A stretch of DNA of 64,000 nucleotides from Planctomicrobium piriforme (lineage in GTDB: Bacteria; Planctomycetota; Planctomycetia; Planctomycetales; Planctomycetaceae), in the NCBI GenBank assembly GCA_040393865.1, contig JBEBTF010000001.1, forward strand, positions 7,729 through 71,728, given 5' to 3'. The position numbers were made by a program, and so were the translations under genes. A model generated the notes under the pieces. The model ran no database searches. It was not told the origin of the DNA and saw only the letters and a program-made list of their open reading frames with translations. Below, one piece after another: positions 40,539 through 51,109 of this stretch (positions are counted from its first letter, which is position 1; each line of letters begins with the position of its first letter).

Positions 40539-40627
40539 TGGTTGCGATCGTCTAGATCGCTCTTTGAGTCAGCAGTAGAACATTTATTGGTCCGCAGTTT
40601 GTCGGAATCGTGGGAAAGGTCTAAGTC

Positions 40628-40897
40628 ATGGGTCGTTCGCTGAAAAAAGGCCCCTTTGTCGATGAGAACCTGTTGAAGAAAATTTCACGGTTGGATTTGA
40701 CCGGGGCGAAGCAGCAGATCAAGACCTGGGCACGCCGGTCGACAATTTCACCTGAGTTCATTGGGCATACATTCTTGGTGCACAATGGCAAGGCACATAT
40801 CCAAGTCTATGTGACTGAAGATATGGTTGGTCATAAACTGGGCGAATTTGCTCCTACTCGGACATTCCGAGGTCACGGTGCAAAAGGTAATCGCTAG
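40628..40897 (+). CDS. rpsS: 30S ribosomal protein S19
   Basis: [23 protein letters not shown]. Confidence 0.99.
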   Translation: MGRSLKKGPFVDENLLKKISRLDLTGAKQQIKTWARRSTISPEFIGHTFLVHNGKAHIQVYVTEDMVGHKLGEFAPTRTFRGHGAKGNR

Positions 40898-40979
40898 TAG
40901 GTTTCTTTGGTTGATAGTTGCTGGGTTGCGACACGGTGCCCTTGATGTGGCACACGGTGGGTTGGGATAGAGGAAGACA

Positions 40980-41324
40980 ATGTCACAGGTCAAAGCTACA
41001 CATCGTTTCGCACGGATATCAGCGACGAAGGTACGGCCATTCGCGGATCTGATCCGGGGAATGTCTGTCGTTGAAGGCTTGAACGCATTGAAATACATTC
41101 CAAATCGTGGTGCACGATTTTTGGAAAAGGTTCTGAAAAGTGCTGCTGCGAACGCAGAAGATCGTGGTGCACGAAACGTTGATAACTTGCCAATCGTCGA
41201 CGCAAGAGTCGATGGTGGTCCGATGTTTAAGCGTATTCGTCCACGTGCTCGCGGCCAGGCTTTCATGATTCGTCGAAGATTCGCCCATATCCTGGTAGCT
41301 ATTGACGCTCCAGAAGTGGAGTAA
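40980..41324 (+). CDS. rplV: 50S ribosomal protein L22
   Basis: ISATKVRPFADLIRG, SAAANAE, RPRARG. Confidence 0.98.
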   Translation: MSQVKATHRFARISATKVRPFADLIRGMSVVEGLNALKYIPNRGARFLEKVLKSAAANAEDRGARNVDNLPIVDARVDGGPMFKRIRPRARGQAFMIRRRFAHILVAIDAPEVE

Positions 41325-41384
41325 TTAAAGATTGGGTTTGCCAGGACCAAGCGTTAGGCATCCATTTAAACTAACGAGTGAGCT

Positions 41385-42086
41385 ATGGGACAGAAGACAC
41401 ATCCGCTTGGCTTTCGTATTGGAATCACGGAAGACTGGCGTAGCCGCTGGTATGCCAGCAAAAAAGAATTCGGCGACCTGCTGGTTGAAGACCAGAAGAT
41501 CCGCCTGTTCATTGGCACTGAATACAAATCAGCTGCGATTGAGAAGGTCGAAATCGAACGAACCCGTGATCAGGTTGTAGTTTATCTGCACTCTGCTCGA
41601 CCTGGTATTATTATCGGGAAGAAGGGGCAGGAAATCGATCGTCTCAAGGCACAGTTGGAAGACCGTTTCGGGCGGCGAATGGAAGTGAAGATCGTTGAGA
41701 TCAACAATCCGTTCCGTCGTGCTCAGTTGGTTGCTGAAGATATTTGTCAGCAGCTTACGAAGCGAGGAAGTTTCCGTCGAGCTATTAAGCGTACGCTTGA
41801 TCAAGTGATGGAAGCTGGCGTTAACGGTGTTAAGGTTCAACTTTCTGGCCGCTTGGGCGGTGCAGAAATGTCTCGTTGCGAAAAGGCAAGCCGCGGATCA
41901 ATTCCGTTGTCAACTTTGCAGCGACGAGTGGATTACGGATTTGCCATCGCCAAAACGGCACAGGGTGTGATTGGCGTTAAAGTTTGGGTCGATTTGGGCG
42001 ATTACGCAGACGAGGAGAATACCGATGGCGCTTATGCCGAAACGGGTCAAGCATCGAAAAAACCAAAGAGGTCGCATAAGAGGTAA
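41385..42086 (+). CDS. rpsC: 30S ribosomal protein S3
   Basis: MGQKTHPLGFRIG, RPGIIIGKKG, SGRLGGAEMSR. Confidence 0.99.
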   Translation: MGQKTHPLGFRIGITEDWRSRWYASKKEFGDLLVEDQKIRLFIGTEYKSAAIEKVEIERTRDQVVVYLHSARPGIIIGKKGQEIDRLKAQLEDRFGRRMEVKIVEINNPFRRAQLVAEDICQQLTKRGSFRRAIKRTLDQVMEAGVNGVKVQLSGRLGGAEMSRCEKASRGSIPLSTLQRRVDYGFAIAKTAQGVIGVKVWVDLGDYADEENTDGAYAETGQASKKPKRSHKR

Positions 42087-42447
42087 TGCCACTCGTGGCA
42101 ATACCGTCGTCTTCGGTGAATATGGCTTGCAGTCTGTCCAGCCTGGACACGTAAACGCCACAACAATCGAAGCATGTCGTATTGCTGCGTCGCAGTACAT
42201 TCGCGGCTCGGGCGGTAAGCTTTACATTCGAATTTTCCCGGATAAGCCTGTAACCGCTCGTCCGTTGGAAACACGAATGGGTAAAGGTAAAGGGGATCCT
42301 GATCGCTGGGTAGCAGTTGTGAAACCTGGTACAGTCCTTTTTGAAATTGCTGGTGCGTCAAAAGAGGCGGCACGTGACTGCTTCAATCGCGTCGCGCACA
42401 AGCTTCCAGTACGAGTTCGTCTGGTTGAGCGAACACCAGGTTCGTAA
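42025..42447 (+). CDS. rplP: 50S ribosomal protein L16
   Basis: MALMPKRVKHRK, RMGKGKG; its GAGGAG SD lies inside rpsC. Confidence 0.98.
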   Translation: MALMPKRVKHRKNQRGRIRGNATRGNTVVFGEYGLQSVQPGHVNATTIEACRIAASQYIRGSGGKLYIRIFPDKPVTARPLETRMGKGKGDPDRWVAVVKPGTVLFEIAGASKEAARDCFNRVAHKLPVRVRLVERTPGS

Positions 42448-42643
42448 AGTTCGTCCTTCGGTCCACGAAGTAAGTTGGATCAGTGAAGGAACTGTGTGGT
42501 CCTTTCAGGAATTCTTGTTGAAGAATGCCTGAGTGACTGGAAAGTCAAAAAAGGCAAGCTACACTGCGACGCTCCCGATTTCATTTTATTGAAGTCGGGA
42601 TTGCTAATTGATAGCGAACAGTTGTTTGAATTGAGTAATAAGC

Positions 42644-42844
42644 ATGTCCAAGGCCAAAGCGTTGCGAGAGTTGAGTGACGATCAACTGGCATCTGAGTTA
42701 AATCAGACTCAGCTTGAGTTGTTCCAGTTGCGCATTCGTGCATCAACCGAAAAATTGGATGCTCCAAGCAATCTACGAAAGCTTCGTCGTTCGATTGCAC
42801 GGATGAAGACCGTTCAACGTCAGCGTGAGTTGTCGAATCAGTAA
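42644..42844 (+). CDS. rpmC: 50S ribosomal protein L29
   Basis: LRELSDDQL..ELFQLR..LRRSIARMKT. Confidence 0.95.
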   Translation: MSKAKALRELSDDQLASELNQTQLELFQLRIRASTEKLDAPSNLRKLRRSIARMKTVQRQRELSNQ

Positions 42845-42907
42845 TCATAGTCGGTTGATTGGCCTCCAGGTGACTGAGGCTGGTCTTTCCAGTCAGGTGT
42901 CAGATAG

Positions 42908-43228
42908 ATGCGTAAAACATTGGTCGGTACCGTTGTTAGCGATCGCAATGCGAAGACTCGGCGGGTTGATGTGAGCCGTGTGTATCAGCACACGAAGTAT
43001 AAGAAGATTGTTCGTGGGCGTACTGTTTGTTATGTCCATGATGAAACTAATCAGTCGAAGGTTGGTGATACCGTTGAGATTGCGGAATGTCGACCTCGCT
43101 CTGCAACAAAACGGTGGGAACTGGTTCGTGTTGTGAGCGCCTCAGGTGAGGTGGAGAGTCAGTTGGCTCGTGAATCGCTGGCGACCGGTAAGGGCCGAAG
43201 CGATGTTGGTGTTGCTGACGCTGAGTAG
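42908..43228 (+). CDS. rpsQ: 30S ribosomal protein S17
   Basis: LVGTVVSD, HTKYKKIV, HDE, ECRPRSATKRW. Confidence 0.97.
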   Translation: MRKTLVGTVVSDRNAKTRRVDVSRVYQHTKYKKIVRGRTVCYVHDETNQSKVGDTVEIAECRPRSATKRWELVRVVSASGEVESQLARESLATGKGRSDVGVADAE

Positions 43229-43282
43229 TGGTTGGTTGTTTGCGTTCTTGTTGCGGTTTATTGATTTGAGAATGGTGTCATC

Positions 43283-43657
43283 ATGATTCAGATGCAGACC
43301 ATAATGGATGTTGCGGATAACACCGGTGCGAAAACGGTCCGCTGCATCAGGGTCTTGGGTGGAACAAAGCGGCGTACAGCTGGTTTGGGTGACATCGTTG
43401 TTGTGAGTATTCAGAAGTCGATTGCTGGTGCTCCAGATGCGTATAAATCTGGGCGTGTGACCAGGGGTGTGATCGTGCGGGTTCGTAAAGGGACTCGTCG
43501 TGAAGATGGCAGCTACATTCGGTTTGATAGCAATGCCATCGTGCTGGTCGATAATGATGGGAATCCTCGCGGTACACGTATTTTCGGTGCCGTGGCGCGT
43601 GAGCTGCGAGATCGACGGTTCATGAAGATTATCAGCCTTGCAGCTGAGGTGGTGTAA
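43283..43657 (+). CDS. rplN: 50S ribosomal protein L14
   Basis: [23 protein letters not shown]. Confidence 0.99.
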   Translation: MIQMQTIMDVADNTGAKTVRCIRVLGGTKRRTAGLGDIVVVSIQKSIAGAPDAYKSGRVTRGVIVRVRKGTRREDGSYIRFDSNAIVLVDNDGNPRGTRIFGAVARELRDRRFMKIISLAAEVV

Positions 43658-43659
43658 CT

Positions 43660-44013
43660 ATGAAGATTAGACGGGGCGATCTGGTTGTAGTGATCTCCGG
43701 TGACGATAAAAGTTCATCACCTCGCTTGGTTCAGCAAGTCATCAAGGGCGGCGAAAAGGTCCTTGTTGAAGGCGTGAATTTGGTCTTCAAGCATGTGAAG
43801 CGAGGGCATCCTAAGAGTCCACAGGGTGGGCGTCTTCGGATGGAGAAGCCTATTCATGCTTCAAACGTAATGTATTATTGCGGTGCTTGTAGCAGCCCTG
43901 TTCGTTTGGGGTATCGCTACTTGGCTGATGGCTCGAAGGAGCGTTTCTGCCGTAAGTGTAATACGACTGTTGGACAGGTGAGTCCGGGTCGTGCCGCTTA
44001 TGTTGTGAAATAG
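43660..44013 (+). CDS. rplX: 50S ribosomal protein L24
   Basis: KIRRGDLVVVISGDDK, VEGVNL, EKPIHASNV; two CxxC pairs. Confidence 0.97.
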   Translation: MKIRRGDLVVVISGDDKSSSPRLVQQVIKGGEKVLVEGVNLVFKHVKRGHPKSPQGGRLRMEKPIHASNVMYYCGACSSPVRLGYRYLADGSKERFCRKCNTTVGQVSPGRAAYVVK

Positions 44014-44137
44014 CGGTGAAATGTGTTCGGCAGTCGGTCGTGATGGGGCTGTCGGTTCGTTGGTGAGTTGGACCGTCTGTGAGTTATCTGGCTGTTCACT
44101 TTGTGGGCGGCAAGTAGCGTAAAAAGGTTGGCTGGTC

Positions 44138-44689
44138 ATGGCCCGTCTGCAAGATAAATATCGTAGTGAGATTGTTCCAAAGCTCTCTCAAGAGCTCGGG
44201 CGAACGAATCCACATAGCTTGCCACGAATTGAAAAGATTGTGGTAAGCATGGGAGTTGGTCGTGCGATGCAGGATCAAAAGATTCTGGATGAAGCACTGG
44301 AGCATCTTGGGCAGATTACTGGCCAGAAGCCGTCTCCAAGGGTTGCTCGCAAGTCTGTCGCAAACTTTAAGTTGCGTGAAGGCGTCCGTATCGGTGGGTG
44401 TGTAACTCTTCGTCGTAAGATGATGTACGAGTTTCTTGACCGCCTGATCAACTTGGTGTTGCCTCGTGTTCGCGACTTTCGTGGGATCAACCCGAAGGCG
44501 TTTGACGGGCGTGGTAACTACAGCTTAGGTCTTGGGGAACAGGTTGTGTTTCCTGAGATTAACGCCGATAAAGTGAAGAATATTCAGGGGATGAATATCG
44601 CTATCGTCACGACAGCTGAGACTGACGATGAAGCGAGATTGCTTCTTAAAGAGTTTGGGATGCCATTTCGGGAATCAAAGGGACGCTAG
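44138..44689 (+). CDS. rplE: 50S ribosomal protein L5
   Basis: [34 protein letters not shown]. Confidence 0.99.
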   Translation: MARLQDKYRSEIVPKLSQELGRTNPHSLPRIEKIVVSMGVGRAMQDQKILDEALEHLGQITGQKPSPRVARKSVANFKLREGVRIGGCVTLRRKMMYEFLDRLINLVLPRVRDFRGINPKAFDGRGNYSLGLGEQVVFPEINADKVKNIQGMNIAIVTTAETDDEARLLLKEFGMPFRESKGR

Positions 44690-44746
44690 TAATCGGACGG
44701 TTCAATCGCCGAGAAGTTTAAAAGCGTAAACACAGGAAATTGAGAT

Positions 44747-44932
44747 ATGGCTACTCAAGCACAAGTTGCAAAGTCCAAAAAGAAACCAAAGTTCAGTTCA
44801 CGGATCGTTCGTCGCTGTTCGTTGTGTGGGCGGCCTCGCGCTGTTTATCAAAAGTTTAAGATCTGCCGCATCTGCTTCCGGAATTTGTGCCTGAATGGGC
44901 TTGTTCCTGGTGCGAAGAAGGCTAGCTGGTAG
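44747..44932 (+). CDS. rpsZ: 30S ribosomal protein S14, Zn-binding (type Z) form
   Basis: 61 aa; [20 protein letters not shown]. Confidence 0.97.
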   Translation: MATQAQVAKSKKKPKFSSRIVRRCSLCGRPRAVYQKFKICRICFRNLCLNGLVPGAKKASW

Positions 44933-44976
44933 TAGATATAGCCCTCAGGTTGAGGTGCGGACAGAGGTATAAAGCC

Positions 44977-45372
44977 ATGATGACAGACCCTATTTCCGAC
45001 ATGCTGACTCGTATGCGAAATGCGCTTTTGATCGAGCGTCCTTATGTGGACGTGCCGCTCTCAAAGGTGAAAGCGGGCATCGCGGAAGTGTTGCAGCGTG
45101 AAGGTTATATCTGGGACTTCGAGATTCTCGAAACTGCACCAGCGCAAACTTTGCGTATTAACCTGAAGTACAGCGCCACTGGTGAACGTGTGATTCAACG
45201 TCTGACACGAGTTAGTAAGCCTGGCCGTCGGATTTATTGTGAGTCTCGAAAGTTGCCAGAGGTCATGCAGGGCATGGGGATCTGCGTCCTGTCGACGAAT
45301 CAGGGAATGTTGAGCAGCCGTGAAGCTAAGGCCAAGCATGTCGGCGGCGAAATCGTTTGTGAAGTCTGGTAA
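44977..45372 (+). CDS. rpsH: 30S ribosomal protein S8
   Basis: TDPISDMLTRMRNA, SKPGRRIY, GGEIVCEVW. Confidence 0.98.
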   Translation: MMTDPISDMLTRMRNALLIERPYVDVPLSKVKAGIAEVLQREGYIWDFEILETAPAQTLRINLKYSATGERVIQRLTRVSKPGRRIYCESRKLPEVMQGMGICVLSTNQGMLSSREAKAKHVGGEIVCEVW

Positions 45373-45466
45373 TTTTTGTCGCCAGGGCTGTTGGCGCTGT
45401 ATCGGTACAAAGTGGCGATTTCGACTAACTGATTTACGTCGAGGTCAAAGCAAGGTGAGTTGAGCG

Positions 45467-46012
45467 ATGTCAAGAATTGGTAAAAAGCCGATTGCAGTTA
45501 ACGCCGGCGTCGATGTGGCGGTTGACGGTAGCTTGGTTAAGGTCAAGGGCAAGAATGGTGAGTTGGCTTTGACCTGCCATCAGAATATTTCGGTGAACTG
45601 GGATGCTGCTGCTAGAGTCATCACTGTTGAACGTCCAAATGATCAACGCGAGAGTCGCGCTCTTCACGGACTGACTCGTGCACTGATTGCGAACATGGTG
45701 CAGGGCGTACAGGTTCTGTTTGAAGAGAAACTTGAGATTCAAGGTGTCGGTTATCAGGCGACTCTCTCAGGTAATGTTCTCTCGCTACAGGTGGGTTTTG
45801 CAAACGTCATTAAGTTGACTGCACCTGCTGGTGTTCTAGTTGAAGTCCCGTCTCCGACTAGTGTGATTGTTCGTGGTGCTGATAAGCATGCTGTTGGACA
45901 GTTCGCAGCGAACGTTCGTCGGGTACGCCCACCTGAGCCATACAAAGGTAAGGGGATTCGATACGTCGGAGAAGTGGTACGTAGAAAATCCGGTAAGGCG
46001 TTCGGTAGTTGA
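45467..46012 (+). CDS. rplF: 50S ribosomal protein L6
   Basis: MSRIGKKPI, GVGYQA, RPPEPYKGKGIRY. Confidence 0.99.
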   Translation: MSRIGKKPIAVNAGVDVAVDGSLVKVKGKNGELALTCHQNISVNWDAAARVITVERPNDQRESRALHGLTRALIANMVQGVQVLFEEKLEIQGVGYQATLSGNVLSLQVGFANVIKLTAPAGVLVEVPSPTSVIVRGADKHAVGQFAANVRRVRPPEPYKGKGIRYVGEVVRRKSGKAFGS

Positions 46013-46083
46013 TTTTGGTTGGTTTTTGAACTACTGTTTTCACCAGATACGTACATAATTTCGGTTTGAGGCAGGCGATTGAC

Positions 46084-46449
46084 ATGGGGATTCAACAACA
46101 GATAGCGACTCGTCGTGTTCGTCGACGCCATCATGTTCGTAATAAAGTTCGTGCGGCAGGGCGGCTTCGGCTGTCAGTTTTTCGAAGCAATAACCATATT
46201 TCCGCACAGTTGATCGACGATGCTCAAGGCCGAACTGTTGTTGCTGCCAGCACGACAGAAAAGGGTTTGGGTGGAGTGGGCAAGCCACACGGCAATGTCG
46301 AAGCGGCGAAGCTGGTTGGCAAAACACTTGCTGAGCGTGCCGTGGCTGCTGGGATTAAAGAAGTTGCGTTTGATCGTGGGGCATATTCGTATCACGGTCG
46401 TGTCGCTGCTCTCGCTGAAGCAGCACGTGAAGGCGGCTTGGCGTTCTAA
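46084..46449 (+). CDS. rplR: 50S ribosomal protein L18
   Basis: [30 protein letters not shown]. Confidence 0.98.
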   Translation: MGIQQQIATRRVRRRHHVRNKVRAAGRLRLSVFRSNNHISAQLIDDAQGRTVVAASTTEKGLGGVGKPHGNVEAAKLVGKTLAERAVAAGIKEVAFDRGAYSYHGRVAALAEAAREGGLAF

Positions 46450-46531
46450 TTGGTGTTTTGTTTCGTGCTGATCGGCAGTTGGCTGGCATGTCGCGAGAAC
46501 TGTGAAATATTTGAGTTGGGAGTCTCCTAAA

Positions 46532-47017
46532 GTGGCAGCTGAAAGCAGTCAAGGCACAAAGAACCCTGAGCGCGTAGTACAGATCCGTCGCTGTGCGTGC
46601 GTTGTTAAAGGTGGTCGCAGATTCAGCTTCGCAGCACTTGTTGTTGTGGGAGATGAGAATGGCCGCGTCGGATACGGCTATGGTAAAGGGACTGAAGTTC
46701 CGATTGCCGTTGAGAAGGCCACTAAGCAGGCGAATCGACGTTTGCAGCGTGTTTCCCTACAGAACACTTCTATCCCACATCAGGTAGAAGGTCGCTTTGG
46801 GGCTTCTAAGGTGCTTTTGATGCCAGCCGCTCCTGGTACCGGTGTCATTGCTGGTGCAACAGTTCGGTCTGTTGTTGAACTGGCGGGGATTAAAGATATT
46901 CTGTCTAAGAGTCGCGGTTCAGCCAATCCGGTGAACTTGGTAAAGGCGACATTTGACGCACTGGCAAAGCTTCGAAGTCGGGAAGATATTGCGCGGTTGC
47001 GGGGCGTTGAAATCTAG
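46532..47017 (+). CDS. rpsE: 30S ribosomal protein S5
   Basis: [29 protein letters not shown]; GTG start at 46532 inferred. Confidence 0.97.
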   Translation: MAAESSQGTKNPERVVQIRRCACVVKGGRRFSFAALVVVGDENGRVGYGYGKGTEVPIAVEKATKQANRRLQRVSLQNTSIPHQVEGRFGASKVLLMPAAPGTGVIAGATVRSVVELAGIKDILSKSRGSANPVNLVKATFDALAKLRSREDIARLRGVEI

Positions 47018-47136
47018 TCGTCTCCTCTGGGGGCGATCTTCGAAGTGCAGTCTGTCAGTCTTAATTAAATCTTGTCGGCTTCCGTGCTGAGCGAGTATAG
47101 GGTTGCAGTTTTTATCTGCTGCCATTGGTGAGTTAT

Positions 47137-47589
47137 ATGATTATCGACGATGTACATCATGGTATTACCAAGCGTAAAAAGCGTAAACGTTTGGGGCGCG
47201 GTCCTGGATCGGGACATGGTAAGACATCCGGTCGAGGTCATAAGGGTGCTGGTAGCCGTCGCGGTAATTCTGCCCGTATTGGGTTCGCTGGCGGACAGAT
47301 GCCACTGTTCCGGCTCGTAGCGAAGCGTGGGTTTAATAACGCTGCGTTCGCTGACAAGGTGCTGGCAATCAATGTTGCTACTTTGGAGAAACACTTTGCT
47401 GCTGGCGAAGAAGTGAATCCAGAGACATTGGCTGCTCGCGGCCTTGCAAAGGCAAAGCATGACTTCATCAAGATTCTTGGTGATGGCGAGTTGACTGTGA
47501 AACTTGCAGTCAAAGGCGTCAAGGTCTCTAAGGGTGCCGCTGAGAAGATTCAGGCTGCTGGTGGATCTGTTGAAGTTGTGTCTGAGTAG
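47137..47589 (+). CDS. rplO: 50S ribosomal protein L15
   Basis: RLGRGPGSGHGKTSGRGHKG, GGQMPLFR, KILGDGEL. Confidence 0.98.
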   Translation: MIIDDVHHGITKRKKRKRLGRGPGSGHGKTSGRGHKGAGSRRGNSARIGFAGGQMPLFRLVAKRGFNNAAFADKVLAINVATLEKHFAAGEEVNPETLAARGLAKAKHDFIKILGDGELTVKLAVKGVKVSKGAAEKIQAAGGSVEVVSE

Positions 47590-47740
47590 ACGTGATTTTC
47601 ACGTACGAGAGTGCGGAGGCCAGTTTAGTTGGGCTTGCCAACATTTGAGGTGATCCTTTATCTCGTGCGTGCATTGCAGGCTTCTTCGAGTAAATCGCTT
47701 GCGTAGCGGTTTTGTGACGAAGTAGGATAAAGGATTACCG

Positions 47741-49108
47741 ATGTTGTCTCGGCTGCGGATGATTTTTACGATCCCCGAACTTCGTCAAAAGTTTGTGGTG
47801 ACGCTCATTCTGTTGGCCGTCTATCGGATGGGGTTCTCTATCCCCCTTCCGTTTATTGACCAGGAAGCTGTCAGCCAGACCTTCAAAAACTTGAAGGAAC
47901 AGCAGGGCATCGGTCAAGTTATGCAGGCAGTTGCTCTTTTGTCTGCTTCCAGTTTGGGTAATGCTTCGATCTTCGGCCTCGGCATTATGCCGTATATTTC
48001 GGCCTCCATTATCTTCCAGTTGTTGGGGCAGGTCTATCCTCCTTTGGAGCAACTGCAGAAGGAAGGAGAGGCCGGGCGAAAGAAGATTAACGAGTACACT
48101 CGCTATGCTACGGTGTTTATCTGCCTTGGTCAGAGTTATGTCTGGGTGAATGTTCTCAGCTCCGGGGCTGGCCCATTTGGTGGCGGCTCAATGGTGATTC
48201 GCGATTTCAATCATTTGCACTATCAGTTGATTGCAACAATCACGATGACTGCCGGTACCATGTTGTTGATGTGGATTGGCGAGCAGATTGACGAGTACGG
48301 TGTTGGTAACGGAATCTCCCTCCTTATCATGGCTGGTATTTTGGCTCAGATGCCTGGTGCGGGACTTGAAGTTCTGCGACCGGCGTTCGAGAAGGGGATC
48401 GGACTTGGTACTGCTGCCGGTATTGATAAGTTGATGCCGTTGGCTGTTTTGTTTGTTGCCGTGGTGTTAGGCGTGATCGCCATGACCCAGGCTCAACGTC
48501 GTATTCCGGTGCAGAGTGCGAAGCACGTTCGTGGTCGCAGAGTTCTAGGGGGGCAGATGCAGTTCCTCCCGTTGCGTGTGAATCAGGCGGGTGTGATGCC
48601 GATTATCTTTGCATCCAGTCTTTTGATGATTCCGGCCGTTCTCATCTCTTGGCTGCGTCCAATGCTGCCGAACTATTCGTTTCTGGTGGCGCTCGAGTCT
48701 GCAATGCAGAGCGGAAGCGGTCTGTTGTATAATCTCGCGTACATCGCCTTGATTTACTTCTTCTGCTACTTCTGGACAAGCATTACGTTCAGTCCAAAGG
48801 ATATGGCTTCGAATTTGAAGGATTACGGTAGCTTTGTTCCGGGGTATCGACCTGGGGCACACACCGAAAAGTATTTAGATCAGGTGATGGTTCGAATCAC
48901 TTTTGTTGGGGCTGGCTTCCTTGCAGTGATCGCGATCATTCCGACGGTTGTTGCGACAAGTATGGATATCTCTCCTATCGTCGCGAGTTTCTACGGTGGA
49001 ACAGGTTTGCTGATCGTTGTTTCTGTTGCATTGGATCTTGTTCAGAAGATCGACAGCCACCTCGTCATGAGGAACAAGCCGGGCCTTCTGGATTCAGAAG
49101 ACGTTTAG
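47741..49108 (+). CDS. secY: preprotein translocase subunit SecY
   Basis: LGIMPYISASII, GNGISLLI, AGVMPIIFA, VPGYRPG, GGTGLLIVV. Confidence 0.99.
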   Translation: MLSRLRMIFTIPELRQKFVVTLILLAVYRMGFSIPLPFIDQEAVSQTFKNLKEQQGIGQVMQAVALLSASSLGNASIFGLGIMPYISASIIFQLLGQVYPPLEQLQKEGEAGRKKINEYTRYATVFICLGQSYVWVNVLSSGAGPFGGGSMVIRDFNHLHYQLIATITMTAGTMLLMWIGEQIDEYGVGNGISLLIMAGILAQMPGAGLEVLRPAFEKGIGLGTAAGIDKLMPLAVLFVAVVLGVIAMTQAQRRIPVQSAKHVRGRRVLGGQMQFLPLRVNQAGVMPIIFASSLLMIPAVLISWLRPMLPNYSFLVALESAMQSGSGLLYNLAYIALIYFFCYFWTSITFSPKDMASNLKDYGSFVPGYRPGAHTEKYLDQVMVRITFVGAGFLAVIAIIPTVVATSMDISPIVASFYGGTGLLIVVSVALDLVQKIDSHLVMRNKPGLLDSEDV

Positions 49109-49235
49109 TCAGATTCGATTTTGAAAAGTGAACACAAGCCTTCTCCATTTAAGAACGCTCTAAAATCACTTTGCCCAATTTTCATATTTCAATTTCGGTT
49201 GATTTTGAGTGGTTGGGGTTTTGAGTATAACAGGA

Positions 49236-49271
49236 GACGCGACCCGATCGTTTGACGGGTCGCGTCTTTTT
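49236..49271 (+). terminator. intrinsic terminator ending the S10-spc-secY transcript
   Basis: GACGCGACCCG / CGGGTCGCGTC followed by TTTTT. Confidence 0.85.
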
Positions 49272-49409
49272 GTTGGTAGTGCTGTCTGGTGTTCGCGTTT
49301 GGTTTTGAGTGTTTTTAACGCTGTTTTAGTCGAGTCTGTTTCCATTGTTCACCTTGAGGCTCTGGGGTGATACATAGGGAGTGGATTTGTTTTGTAAGGA
49401 GGGGCGGCG

Positions 49410-50195
49410 ATGTTGCAGTTAAAGAGTGCTCGCGAAATCGAGGCGATGCGCCAAGCTGGGAAGGTGGTTGCTTCTGCACATGCTCTGGTTCGCGGAATGG
49501 TTCGCCCTGGAGTGCGCACTGCTGAGATCGACGCCGCAGTGGAGAATCTGTTTGCGGAAGCTGGTGCAGTTCCTCTGTTCAAAAACTTTCCGGGGAAGGT
49601 TCCGTTTCCTGCTGTCACCTGTATGAGCGTGAATGAGGTTGTTGTTCACGGTATTCCAGGAGATCGTGTTTTGAATGAAGGCGATATTGTCAGTGTTGAT
49701 ACGGGCTGCAAGGTCAATGGATGGTGTGGTGATTCCGCTTGGACTTACGCTGTTGGAGAGATTGATGAGGAAAGTCAGCGTCTGATGGACTGCGGTCGGA
49801 AGACGTTGAAGATCGCAATCGAAAGTCTGCGTTCTTGTACCAGATGGTCACAAGTTGCAAAGAAGATGGAATTGGCTGTGAAGGAGGCTGGTTTTTCGGT
49901 TGTTGATCAGTTTGTCGGGCATGGTATCGGTCGGAAAATGCACGAGGAGCCTCAGGTTCCCAACTACTGGCGATCTGGGATGCAGGCTGAGGATTTCCGC
50001 ATTCAACCGGGGCTAGTTTTGGCGATTGAGCCGATGATCAACGCTGGTAAGCCTGGGGTGCGGATTCTGAAGGATCATTGGACGGCGGTGACAGTGGACG
50101 GGAAGCGGAGTGTGCATTTCGAACACACAGTTGCGGTCACTGCGGAGGGACCTGTTTTGTTGACGGAAGTTGAAGGAGATTCTCTTTTGGGCTGA
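49410..50195 (+). CDS. map: methionine aminopeptidase type I
   Basis: [41 protein letters not shown]. Confidence 0.97.
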   Translation: MLQLKSAREIEAMRQAGKVVASAHALVRGMVRPGVRTAEIDAAVENLFAEAGAVPLFKNFPGKVPFPAVTCMSVNEVVVHGIPGDRVLNEGDIVSVDTGCKVNGWCGDSAWTYAVGEIDEESQRLMDCGRKTLKIAIESLRSCTRWSQVAKKMELAVKEAGFSVVDQFVGHGIGRKMHEEPQVPNYWRSGMQAEDFRIQPGLVLAIEPMINAGKPGVRILKDHWTAVTVDGKRSVHFEHTVAVTAEGPVLLTEVEGDSLLG

Positions 50196-50689
50196 GTGGA
50201 TCTGTTCATCTTTCGTGATTGGTGGGTTAAGGCGTTGTCTGGCTGTGATGTGTGGGTGATAAGGAATCTTGACGCCTGGGTGGCAAGTTGTTTTGAATGG
50301 TGTTCAGGTTCTGATTGACTCGTTCGACTGCGACATTTTTCTTTGAAATATTTGTTGCAGAAATACCTCGTCAGGTAGTCTTAATGTTGGTTGTCAGAAC
50401 CGTACTTCGGGGGTTGGTGTGCCATTTGCTTATGGTTGCTGTTTGCCTTTCTGCATAGAGAAGACGTGGCCGGTTGAGGCCTTCGCTTGGCGCTGCTGAA
50501 GGTCTTCGGTGTGGAAAGGCTCAAAGTCGTGATTCGGCGCCATCGCTGCTTTTTGACGTCATTCTTCGTGGTAGTGAGGCGGTGGGCATTGGTGGATCAA
50601 CGGCGACGGAGCCGTTTGGTTGCTGATGGTTGGTCGTGGGTTTTACTGCTGGCGGTGTCGGTTCCCCAGCGGTGTTGACGGACGTGATT

Positions 50690-51109
50690 ATGGATTTGCA
50701 GCCAAAATGGCTTGAGGAGTTTGTGGAAACAGCATGCGGGGCTCTGCATGCTGTCAATGATCTTGCTCCGATTGGGTGTCACTATGCTTGCATTGAGGGA
50801 GTGTGGGAAGTCTCCCTGTTTTTCTCGCCGACAGAGATCGTTGGCGGAGAAAAAAGCGGCGTCAGAAACTCCTGTTTATTTGTGCTCGATGTGATGCGGC
50901 TCCTGCACGTATTTGATGTAGTTGAGTCAGCTTCCTGGCAGCCGTTTCAGATCGATGATAGTGATGACCTGAAGTGCCACTTCGCCGTAGCTGGCACCTA
51001 TCAGGATTCCCAGATCTGGCTTCGGGTTCTTGCTGAAATGCCGTCTGAAATTGAACCTGGCCGATTTCTTGACGCGAGCCAAGGTGTAATTCACGAGGTT
51101 TGGGAATAG
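50690..51109 (+). CDS. acidic hypothetical protein
   Basis: Globular-looking ORF (WEVSLFFSPTEIVGG); ATG at 50690 chosen; no family recognised. Confidence 0.65.
   Translation: MDLQPKWLEEFVETACGALHAVNDLAPIGCHYACIEGVWEVSLFFSPTEIVGGEKSGVRNSCLFVLDVMRLLHVFDVVESASWQPFQIDDSDDLKCHFAVAGTYQDSQIWLRVLAEMPSEIEPGRFLDASQGVIHEVWE

Noticed and set aside
42496-42678. 60-aa ORF in the rplP-rpmC spacer as an extra ribosomal protein
   Set aside because: No resemblance to L30 or other r-proteins, and it overlaps rpmC out of frame
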